A DNA stretch of 64,000 nt from Candidatus Uhrbacteria bacterium. GTDB lineage: Bacteria > Patescibacteriota > Patescibacteriia > UBA9934 > GWF2-40-263. The stretch's first letter is position 1. Every line of letters starts with the position of its first letter. Position numbers and translations under genes: made by a program. Where the stretch lies: NCBI GenBank assembly GCA_016205975.1, contig JACQSK010000005.1, forward strand, positions 13,362 to 77,361. The letters are read 5' to 3'. Positions 57,538 through 64,000 of the stretch are shown in pieces. The notes below the pieces were generated by a model. That model was given only the letters and a program-made list of their open reading frames with translations. It had not been told where the DNA came from and made no database searches.

Positions 57538-58494
57538 TTAATGGCGCAGCGCGCGAACGACCGCACGGCTCATGGCATAGAGGCGATAGCGCGCCGGTTG
57601 TAAAACGAGATCAAAGGTTCCTGGCGCGGCGACTTCCTCTCCGAAGAACCCGCGCTTGAACCGGCTGATGCCCGACCAGGGATGATCTGAAGGTGCCCCC
57701 ACAAGAGCCACGCCGCCCCAATCATAGAAATGCTTCCCGCGCGCCTTGGCGTCTTTCAGGAGACTCCAATGGAGCAGATAGGGCGCCATGAGGTTGCGAT
57801 CTTCACTTGAAGAAGCCCCATGCAGGTACGTCCGCGTGTCGCCGAAGTCTACCATGATCGCCACGGCAAGCGGCTTGCCTGATTTGTGAGCGGCCGCGCA
57901 GAAAGCCCGACAGCCGTCCGTTTGGAGATGGCGGAGCATCAGCTCGTAGTAGGATCGGCTGTGCAGCCGGAAGTCTCCCCGCTGCGCGGTCTGACCAAAC
58001 AGCATCCAGACGTCATCAAAAGAGGCGTGATGGAGATCGATCTCCAGGTCGTGCTTCCCGGCGACGCGAATATTATAGCGCGTCTTTTCATGCATGGCGG
58101 CAAGAAGCGCGTCCTCACTGTGCGTGAGCTCTGTGATGAGCGTGTTGGCAGGATTGAGGTCGATCGACTTCTTTGCACGAAGGAGTAGCTCGCCACCCTC
58201 CGGCTCGATCCGTAAAAAAATCTTTCCTCCCGCTTGTGCTAACCCCTCCAGCCGTCCTTCTCCTTTTCTTATCACAGGCCCCTTGGGACAAAAGGCATAC
58301 GTCCCCAACAGCGGAACCTTGCGATCCAGCCATTGGGCGACCCCGACGATCTCGCCGTCCTCTTCAAACGTCTCGCGGCGCACGGTCTCGCCTGCCGCGC
58401 GCTGAAACTCTCCCCACTCCCACGATTGCAAAAACCGGCCTGAACGCGGGCCGTGCTGAAGGACGAACGGGTTCCAGATTGTTTGGTCCAACAT
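57538..58494 (-). CDS. FemAB-family aminoacyltransferase-like protein (peptidoglycan interpeptide bridge formation family)
   Basis: LQSWEWGEFQ... and overall ~320-aa FemAB-like layout; assignment by pattern only. Confidence 0.5.
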   Translation of the reverse strand: MLDQTIWNPFVLQHGPRSGRFLQSWEWGEFQRAAGETVRRETFEEDGEIVGVAQWLDRKVPLLGTYAFCPKGPVIRKGEGRLEGLAQAGGKIFLRIEPEGGELLLRAKKSIDLNPANTLITELTHSEDALLAAMHEKTRYNIRVAGKHDLEIDLHHASFDDVWMLFGQTAQRGDFRLHSRSYYELMLRHLQTDGCRAFCAAAHKSGKPLAVAIMVDFGDTRTYLHGASSSEDRNLMAPYLLHWSLLKDAKARGKHFYDWGGVALVGAPSDHPWSGISRFKRGFFGEEVAAPGTFDLVLQPARYRLYAMSRAVVRALRH

Positions 58495-58500
58495 ACGGAC

Positions 58501-59046
58501 TTACCGGCTGAGCCTCCTGAGCGCCGCGCGGATACGCGATTCCGTATCCTGCGCATCAACTCCGCCAAGCGCCGCTTCCGCGTCCCGGCGCGAGTAGCCA
58601 AGCCCCACAAGCGCTTCGACCGCATCGGCATCCATGCCTGCCGCGTCTGGTTCCTCCACGAGCGCGCCTTTCAACTCCAGGATAATTTTCTGCGCCGTCT
58701 TTTTGCCGATGCCCGGTACGTTCGTAAGCGCTCCAAGATCCCCTTCCATGATCTTGGCTTTCACGCGCTCGACCGCATCAGAGAACACAATCTTCTGCGC
58801 GCTCTTGGGGCCCACGCCCGAGACGCCGATCAGCTTCCAAAATAATTCCAGCTCGGCAACGGAACGAAATCCAAACAGCTCCCGGCCGTCCTCTCGCGCA
58901 ACCTCATGCAGATACAGCATCACCTCGCCGCGGAACTCATGCGCCACATGCTCGGGCAGGGTGATTTTGTATCCCAGGTCTTTGCACTCAACCAAAAGAT
59001 ATCCGACGCCATGGAACAGCACGCTCCCACGGATGAAGCTCAGCAT
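58501..59046 (-). CDS. ruvA: Holliday junction branch migration protein RuvA
   Basis: MLSFIRGSV...LIGVSGVGPKSAQKIV (HhH), C-terminal domain III. Confidence 0.85.
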   Translation of the reverse strand: MLSFIRGSVLFHGVGYLLVECKDLGYKITLPEHVAHEFRGEVMLYLHEVAREDGRELFGFRSVAELELFWKLIGVSGVGPKSAQKIVFSDAVERVKAKIMEGDLGALTNVPGIGKKTAQKIILELKGALVEEPDAAGMDADAVEALVGLGYSRRDAEAALGGVDAQDTESRIRAALRRLSR

Positions 59047-59048
59047 AC

Positions 59049-60314
59049 TTAGGCTCCTTGCTTAAACGATTTCTGATAAAACTGCGCGATGCGTTTTTCT
59101 ATCTCCTCATCAATGCGCGGGCCGAACTTCGGCATCTCACTGCGCCCCAAAATCCCCGCGTGGATCCGCCTGAGCGAAAGCCCGAACGCGCGCCCGGGTT
59201 CCATCTGAAGGACGTCCATGAGCGCCACGCCGTCTAGCCCGACTTCCTTGAGCAGCCGGTTGCGCGCGCGACGTTCGGCTTCTTCGCGCTCCCGCGTTTT
59301 TTGCGCACTGCGCCAGGGCGCGTACTCGCGCTCGCTTTTCAAGCACTGGATGAGCGCGCTTGGATCGTGCCACGCTCCGTGGGGCGCCAGGCGCTTGGAA
59401 CCACACACGCCATCGAGAAACAGACAGCATTGCAAAAGATCAACGAAATCGTCCGCGTCATAACCGCGCTTGGTGGCCAGATGCACATAGCGATCGATTT
59501 TTTTGGGAGCGATGCGGTCGAAGTCCGTCCAGAACTCCATGTGGTGGCTCACCAGATCGTCCATCATGTCGCGCTCGCGTTGCGTTAAGCCGTGCGCCTG
59601 GCACAAGCGGTCAAGCAGGTCTTCGTACACGCGAGCGTGAATGAGGCGCGCGTGGTTGGGGTAGTGCACGTCGATTCGGTGTGCCAGATAAAACTGCGCT
59701 TGCGTCTCGCGCGCAGAGAGCTCGGCGTGGGACAACGCGAAGGCGCGATACCGCTCCAGGTACGCCTGGCGTGCTTGAAACCGCTCGTGGGTGTTTTGCG
59801 TGGCGTGGAATGTCCGGCCTTCTTTGGCTGAGGTGAAAGAGACGGCGACCCACTTGGCCACGTCGTGCATGAGTGTGAAGACGACAAAAAAAGCGAACTG
59901 CTCTTTAAACGTGTCCTCGAGCTCCTGAATCTCGCCCTCATAGCCCTTGAGGCGGCGCAACTCTTCCAGGTCAATAAGGTGGAGGCGCTCGTCCGCGATC
60001 GCTTTCAAGACCATGAGCATGAGGCTCAGGTGGTCGCGCACACAAGGGCCCTCGGCATGGAACCGCACGTCTTGAGGCGCTCGCAGGCTCTCTGAGACCA
60101 GAGGCTCCTGCGCGGCCACGCCGTCGATGATCGCCTGCGCGTGAGAACGCAAACGCTCGTCCGACTCAATACGCGTGATCGCGTGGTCGAGATACTCCGT
60201 TTCTTTTTGCTGATGCGTGGATTCAAATCGCCACATAGTGAACACCCCCATTTTACCCGCTCTCCTCTCAAACCCCAAGGAACCTTCGGATGATCTCATC
60301 GGCTGTTTCTGCAA
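59049..60314 (-). CDS. hypothetical protein with possible HD-type phosphohydrolase motif
   Basis: FTLMHDVAKW (H..HD-like). Start uncertain: the first ~25 aa look non-coding, and MWRFESTHQ is a plausible start. Confidence 0.4.
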   Translation of the reverse strand: MQKQPMRSSEGSLGFERRAGKMGVFTMWRFESTHQQKETEYLDHAITRIESDERLRSHAQAIIDGVAAQEPLVSESLRAPQDVRFHAEGPCVRDHLSLMLMVLKAIADERLHLIDLEELRRLKGYEGEIQELEDTFKEQFAFFVVFTLMHDVAKWVAVSFTSAKEGRTFHATQNTHERFQARQAYLERYRAFALSHAELSARETQAQFYLAHRIDVHYPNHARLIHARVYEDLLDRLCQAHGLTQRERDMMDDLVSHHMEFWTDFDRIAPKKIDRYVHLATKRGYDADDFVDLLQCCLFLDGVCGSKRLAPHGAWHDPSALIQCLKSEREYAPWRSAQKTREREEAERRARNRLLKEVGLDGVALMDVLQMEPGRAFGLSLRRIHAGILGRSEMPKFGPRIDEEIEKRIAQFYQKSFKQGA

Positions 60315-60852
60315 CGGTCTTCACGCCCTGCGAGCCATCGATGATGCCGTGGGCATGCGCGCGCAGAGGCATCACGGTCGCCCGAGCCGCTGGGAGCGCC
60401 ACGGCGTGGTGATACTGGACGTCATAATCCGGCTGTCTCTGGAGGCGTCGCTCAAGAGCCGTCTCTTCGTCGATCTCCAGCCAGAGCCTCAAGTCAAACA
60501 GCTCGCGGATGCGCGGGTCGGAAAACAACTGAAGGCCTTCGGCAAAAATAACCGGCGCGGGTTTGTAGAGCATGTGCCCTGTGCGCTCGCACAGGCGTCG
60601 GTTGTAGATCGGGAGAAAGACCTCATGCCCTTGCCGCAGCTCGCACAAGGCTTCATACACCTCGTCCAGATAGAGGCTCTCCGGCAGGTCCCAGTGCAAA
60701 CGGCCATCGGCAAGCTTGGGACAGTCGGCTTTAGACTTATAGTAGGCGTCGAAACGGAACCGCTTCACACCGCCCTGCGCCTCCAAGTGTTCTGCCAAAG
60801 TCGACTTGCCCGCGCCCGAGAGGCCGGCGAGTCCGATCAAAAAAGATTTCAT
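60268..60852 (-). CDS. udk: uridine kinase / PRK-family P-loop kinase
   Basis: LIGLAGLSGAGKSTLAEHL Walker A; 194 aa. Confidence 0.7.
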   Translation of the reverse strand: MKSFLIGLAGLSGAGKSTLAEHLEAQGGVKRFRFDAYYKSKADCPKLADGRLHWDLPESLYLDEVYEALCELRQGHEVFLPIYNRRLCERTGHMLYKPAPVIFAEGLQLFSDPRIRELFDLRLWLEIDEETALERRLQRQPDYDVQYHHAVALPAARATVMPLRAHAHGIIDGSQGVKTVAETADEIIRRFLGV

Positions 60853-61856
60853 ACTCTGCCTCTGCGCTTATAGCGCGTCTCCTCAATCGCCTGCTGTACC
60901 TGCATGAGCGTCACTTTCTGCTTCCCTTCGTTGCGATAGCCCCAGTTGCGGTCGAGCCCGAAGGTAAACCCGCCGAAACGCTCGAACAGATGTAGCGCGT
61001 AGGGAGACTCCTGAACGTAAATGAGGCCGCGGCCGTACTCCACCACGATGAGCGGCGTCGGCCGTCCGATCTCCTCCACCACCAGACGCGAAAGTCTGGG
61101 ACGCAGCTGCAGATCGGCGCGGGTGGTGATCACCAAAAACTCGTGCCAGGTCTTTTTGCGCTGCCAGGCTGCGCGGGCCAGACGATCTTTCTTTGCGTCG
61201 GTCCTTGGATTGCGCAAGTGGACGATCAGCTCATCATGAAAGGCCATGACCGCTTTAATCTCGACTCTTGAGTATCCCTCCTCCTGCAAGGCCCACACGT
61301 ACCCGCGATCCTGAATCCCGATCCCGCGCACGAGCCTTGGAACGAATCCCCACCGCGTCAGCTGCGCGTCCGTCACCTGGAACATCTCCAAAAATTGTTC
61401 TAGAGAAGACGGGAGGAGGCGCCCTTTTTTGTCATGCGCGCGGCTGAGTCCTGTATAGTGATGGTGGTCGATTACGATCAGCTTCACTCCAAGCTTGCGA
61501 ATCCGCGCCTCGGCCTTGACCCCTGGCATCTCCACGACGATCACGCGAGAATAGCCGCCCGCCTTCACATCGCGGACATAGTCACGACCCCGGTCGAGCG
61601 AGGCGCCGTGCCTCTGTCGAGAGAGGGCCGTGGGCAGCTCGAGTTTCTGCGCCAGTCGTTGGATCATCACCGCCTCTGCGTCATTGGGCGGGATGATGAG
61701 AAGCGTCTTTGGGTGGGGAGACCTTTGCAAAACTCGATGAGATTGCCTTGAACGGGCTGTCGAGCCACACGAGACGTAGTGAAAACTACGTTGAGTTGGG
61801 TCGACGGGCGCCCGTGAAAGGCAAGATCGCGAGTTTTGCAGAGGTCTCTGGGGCAT
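60849..61856 (-). CDS. hypothetical protein with DHH-like motif (VIDHHHYTG)
   Basis: The N-terminal ~60 aa of the track ORF are R/S-rich and probably non-coding; a start near ATG 61667 (MIQRLAQKL) is plausible. Confidence 0.4.
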   Translation of the reverse strand: MPQRPLQNSRSCLSRAPVDPTQRSFHYVSCGSTARSRQSHRVLQRSPHPKTLLIIPPNDAEAVMIQRLAQKLELPTALSRQRHGASLDRGRDYVRDVKAGGYSRVIVVEMPGVKAEARIRKLGVKLIVIDHHHYTGLSRAHDKKGRLLPSSLEQFLEMFQVTDAQLTRWGFVPRLVRGIGIQDRGYVWALQEEGYSRVEIKAVMAFHDELIVHLRNPRTDAKKDRLARAAWQRKKTWHEFLVITTRADLQLRPRLSRLVVEEIGRPTPLIVVEYGRGLIYVQESPYALHLFERFGGFTFGLDRNWGYRNEGKQKVTLMQVQQAIEETRYKRRGRV

Positions 61857-61884
61857 ACAGGGGCATTGTACTTTAGACGCCTCG

Positions 61885-61914
61885 TTGAGGAAACAGTAGC
61901 CGCTGCGCTATACT
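61885..61914 (+). promoter_or_regulatory. candidate sigma-70-type promoter TTGAGG-N18-TATACT
   Basis: Direct read; no ORF downstream; an intrinsic terminator lies 310 nt downstream. Confidence 0.4.
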
Positions 61915-61920
61915 GGATCC

Positions 61921-62231
61921 TGGAGTGCGTGGTCATGAATGGATAACGGCCATAGTCTATGAAGGGCAATTGGGAAAGAGTGCGCGCGCAAGATAGGCTT
62001 GCGTCGTGCACGAGGCTTCAAGCCTTGCGAACTCCGATGCACTCCGCTTCGGAGGTTTAGACACACAGAGTACCCCTCTGGTCAACACCCGGATTCGTCC
62101 GGGTCATGTGCCCCTTGCGGCGCTGGAGTGATCACGTTCGTACGCCCCGCAAGGGAGCGGACGCGATCCAGTGAGTCATGCCCGGCTGTGGCTGGGCTCA
62201 CACGAGGCCGGTCTTCATGACCGGCTTTTTT
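61921..62231 (+). ncRNA. candidate novel sRNA (~310 nt), highly structured, unidentified family
   Basis: Bounded by promoter 61885-61914 and terminator 62206-62231. Contains a C(UUCG)G tetraloop hairpin CTCCG-CTT-CGGAG, ACCCGG-attcgt-CCGGGT, and a 9-bp CCCTTGCGG...CCGCAAGGG helix. No tmRNA, SRP, 6S or RNase P signature found. Confidence 0.35.
62206..62231 (+). terminator. intrinsic terminator GGCCGGTC-ttcat-GACCGGC + TTTTTT
   Basis: Direct read. Confidence 0.6.
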
Positions 62232-62246
62232 AATTTGGCGCGGGCC

Positions 62247-62275
62247 TTGACGGATCCGACTTTTTCTGATAGATT
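62247..62275 (+). promoter_or_regulatory. candidate promoter TTGACG-N17-TAGATT with TG extension
   Basis: Matches the recurrent motif seen upstream of secG, ORF 56254 and the 43792 gene. Confidence 0.4.
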
Positions 62276-62281
62276 GTCCGG

Positions 62282-62645
62282 TCTGACGATTCCCGCGGAC
62301 AGCTACACCCGTAGCGGTCCGCCTTCACAGGAGCGGACCAAGATGAATGGCTAATCGCCACAGACAGCTCTCGCTGGACAGGAAAAGGACATCCGATCAC
62401 ATCGCCTCGCCGATGCACTCCGACGACGATCTTTTCCCGCGCGGAAAAAAGTCGTCTCGAACCGTCTTCCCAGAGGTGCCTATGGGCGGATAATGGCCAG
62501 CGCAACCCCGCTGTCGTGAAGCCCTACGCAGGCTGCACGACAGCGGGAGAGCGCCGCACATCCCCTCGCGCCTCACGACCACGAAACGAAACCGACCTCC
62601 CTGAGAGGCCTCCCACTTGGGAAGCCGACTCTTGGAAGGTCGGTT
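62282..62645 (+). ncRNA. second candidate sRNA (~360 nt), unidentified
   Basis: Ends in AAACCGACCTCC...GGAAGGTCGGTTTTCTCTTTTATTT (terminator-like, also serving the convergent TrmB gene). Contains a perfect 12-bp hairpin CCCGCTGTCGTG-17nt-CACGACAGCGGG (62503-62545) and GGTCCGC-ttcacagga-GCGGACC. Confidence 0.3.
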
Positions 62646-62652
62646 TTCTCTT

Positions 62653-63414
62653 TTATTTCCTGAATGACTGCGCGGAACAAACAGACCACGCCGCACGGAA
62701 CAAGACTCTCGCCATATCCGCGAACCCTTTGCTGTGAACGATCACGGTCATCATCTTCCCTACGAACTGGACGAACGCCACGCGGTCCTCGTACACCCAG
62801 ATCTCTCCCGTGAACTCCCCGAACTCGGAAAGCAGACGGCAGTACTCGGCGCCCGGGCGCGGGTTGCGCAGCTCGCCCCTGTGCAGCATTTTGATTTTGA
62901 CCTTCGTATCGTCCAGCGCTTTGCGCGCCTCCAGCAAGACGTTGGGATCGATCTCTCCATAGGCGGCATCAATGTTGGAGAGCTCGAGCAGCTCCTTGGG
63001 GTGAACCGAGACCAAATCGGCAAACAACGCATGGAGGGCTTCCCTCCCTTCGAAAAACCGCACGGTCGGCCTCTCGCCGCCGGCGAGCATTTTCATTTCC
63101 GTCAGGGAGCGCGTGAACGTCTCGATTTTCTCCACGAGCTCCTGCGACCGGTTCTTGAAGTAGGCGACGGCACGTTCCGGCTCTTCGGCGGAAAAATACT
63201 TTTTCTTTCCACGCTCAAAGGTGGACATGAGTCCGCGCTCTTGCAAGACGGCGATCACGTCATAGCTTGCCGTGCGCGAAAGCTTGGCGACCTTGGCGAT
63301 CTCTTGAACGGACGTGGGACCCAGTTTCAATGAAGCCAAATACACGCGCGCCTCCGTGGGCGTGAAACCCAGGTCGGTCAGGAGCTTGGAGAAATCCACA
63401 GGCATATTCTCCAT
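62653..63414 (-). CDS. TrmB-family transcriptional regulator
   Basis: N-terminal wHTH LGFTPTEARVYLASLKLGPTSVQEIAKVAKLSRTASYDVIAVLQERGL. Track start 63462; ATG 63414 (MENMPVDF) preferred. Confidence 0.75.
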   Translation of the reverse strand: MENMPVDFSKLLTDLGFTPTEARVYLASLKLGPTSVQEIAKVAKLSRTASYDVIAVLQERGLMSTFERGKKKYFSAEEPERAVAYFKNRSQELVEKIETFTRSLTEMKMLAGGERPTVRFFEGREALHALFADLVSVHPKELLELSNIDAAYGEIDPNVLLEARKALDDTKVKIKMLHRGELRNPRPGAEYCRLLSEFGEFTGEIWVYEDRVAFVQFVGKMMTVIVHSKGFADMARVLFRAAWSVCSAQSFRK

Positions 63415-63476
63415 GGAATCAGGACAAAAAATAAGGCTCTGCTTAGCCAAGGCTAAACGCATTGTCCACGGAATGC

Positions 63477-64000
63477 CTACATGATAGCAAATCCAATCGT
63501 GATGTCGAACTCGTTTGCGCGGAAGGTGCTGTTGATTTCTGGAACTTCGCCGTCCGTGCGGACAGAACTCGAGAGCGTCCCGCGCAGCAATAGCTCTGTC
63601 TGTTCCTGAACCGCTTTCAGAATCTCTGGACCGCCCGAGACGTACAGCGCAATCCGGTCTTCCAGAGTCAGGCCGGACGTTTTTCGCAAATCATTCACAC
63701 GACGGATGATCTCCCGCATGGTTCCCTCGCGCACCAGAGCCGGCGTGAGTGCGAGATCCAGCTCGACCGCGTACTCCCCTTTTCGGACGTCGATCGTCTT
63801 CACGTTCACCTCGTCTTTCACGAGCTCTTGATACTCGGGGGCAAACACTCCGCCTGGGACCGTCACGGTCATGCCAGCCAACACCTGCCGGACGTTGATT
63901 CCCGCATCGGATCGGCGCTCAAGCGCCTTAGAAACAATCGAACGTGTACGACCCATCTCCTCCAGAACCTGTTCGTCGATGTCAGACGCGTCTGCCACGG
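63477..64000 (-). CDS. ileS: isoleucyl-tRNA ligase, C-terminal ~174 aa (gene continues beyond window end)
   Basis: ...VNVKTIDVRKGEYAVELDLALTPALVREGTMREIIRRVNDLRKTSGL... is the conserved IleS C-terminal region. The upstream part lies outside the window, so the M at 63998 is not the real start. Confidence 0.65.
   Translation of the reverse strand, partial: VADASDIDEQVLEEMGRTRSIVSKALERRSDAGINVRQVLAGMTVTVPGGVFAPEYQELVKDEVNVKTIDVRKGEYAVELDLALTPALVREGTMREIIRRVNDLRKTSGLTLEDRIALYVSGGPEILKAVQEQTELLLRGTLSSSVRTDGEVPEINSTFRANEFDITIGFAIM

Noticed and set aside
61921-62645. tmRNA, SRP RNA or 6S RNA in the ORF-free region
   Set aside because: No tRNA-like 3' end (GGTTCGANTCC...CCA). No ANDENYALAA-type tag frame. 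No GGAAGCAGCC SRP domain IV motif. Left as unidentified.

Overview
GC-rich bacterial window (high-50s % GC by eye) with compact, frequently overlapping genes. Coordinates were worked out by hand from the sequence and the ORF track, which accepts GTG/TTG starts and omits ORFs that run off the window edge.

(1) Positions 1-23.7 kb form one large cell-surface glycan biosynthesis island:
- a partial Wzy_C/O-antigen-ligase-like membrane protein that runs off the left edge and is missed by the ORF track;
- about 11 glycosyltransferases of families GT2 and GT4;
- GDP-mannose 4,6-dehydratase (Gmd), GDP-L-fucose synthase (Fcl) and an Rmd-like reductase;
- a UDP-sugar dehydrogenase and a UDP-GlcA 4-epimerase-like SDR;
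- four SAM/FkbM methyltransferases;
- an AsnB-type amidotransferase and a Wzx flippase;
- an unusual prenyltransferase/terpene-cyclase-repeat protein.

(2) Positions 23.7-43.8 kb are mostly housekeeping plus envelope proteins:
- CCA-adding enzyme, tRNA-Ile(UAU), tRNA-Val(GAC), an RluD-like pseudouridine synthase, gmk, rplS, uvrA, secG, an OppA-like substrate-binding protein, tRNA-Leu(CAG), RNase J, trpS;
- a type-A RNase P RNA on the minus strand, hidden under spurious ORFs;
- a secreted beta-propeller-like protein;
- a Cys-rich protein with a VirB2/TrbC-like pilin hairpin, next to a CxxS DsbA-like protein.

(3) Positions 45.1-47.9 kb hold a complete diversity-generating retroelement (DGR):
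- a bRT-like reverse transcriptase, frameshifted at a C10 tract;
- a divergently encoded Avd whose start codon abuts the RT start (CATATG);
- a 126-bp template repeat (TR) and a variable repeat (VR) with adenine-specific mismatches;
- an FGE/C-type-lectin-fold target gene lacking a signal peptide.
This is the main candidate 'system' in the window.

(4) Positions 43.8-45.2 and 47.9-55.9 kb form a second glycan module: a priming polyprenyl-phosphate sugar transferase, three GT4 enzymes, and a DUF4012-like plus DUF11-like surface protein pair.

(5) Positions 56-64 kb:
- tRNA-Arg(CCG);
- a minus-strand operon (SDR, FemAB-like, ruvA, HD-like, udk-like, DHH-motif protein);
- an ~800-bp ORF-free, highly structured region with two promoter-terminator units (candidate novel sRNAs);
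- a TrmB regulator and the 3' end of ileS.

Also noted:
- a dispersed tandem ~10-nt repeat (GGGGACAAAG/GGGCGCAAAG) inserted in-frame into uvrA and a GT4 gene;
- a recurrent promoter motif TTGACG-N17-(TG)n-TAGnnT;
- several near-leaderless genes.
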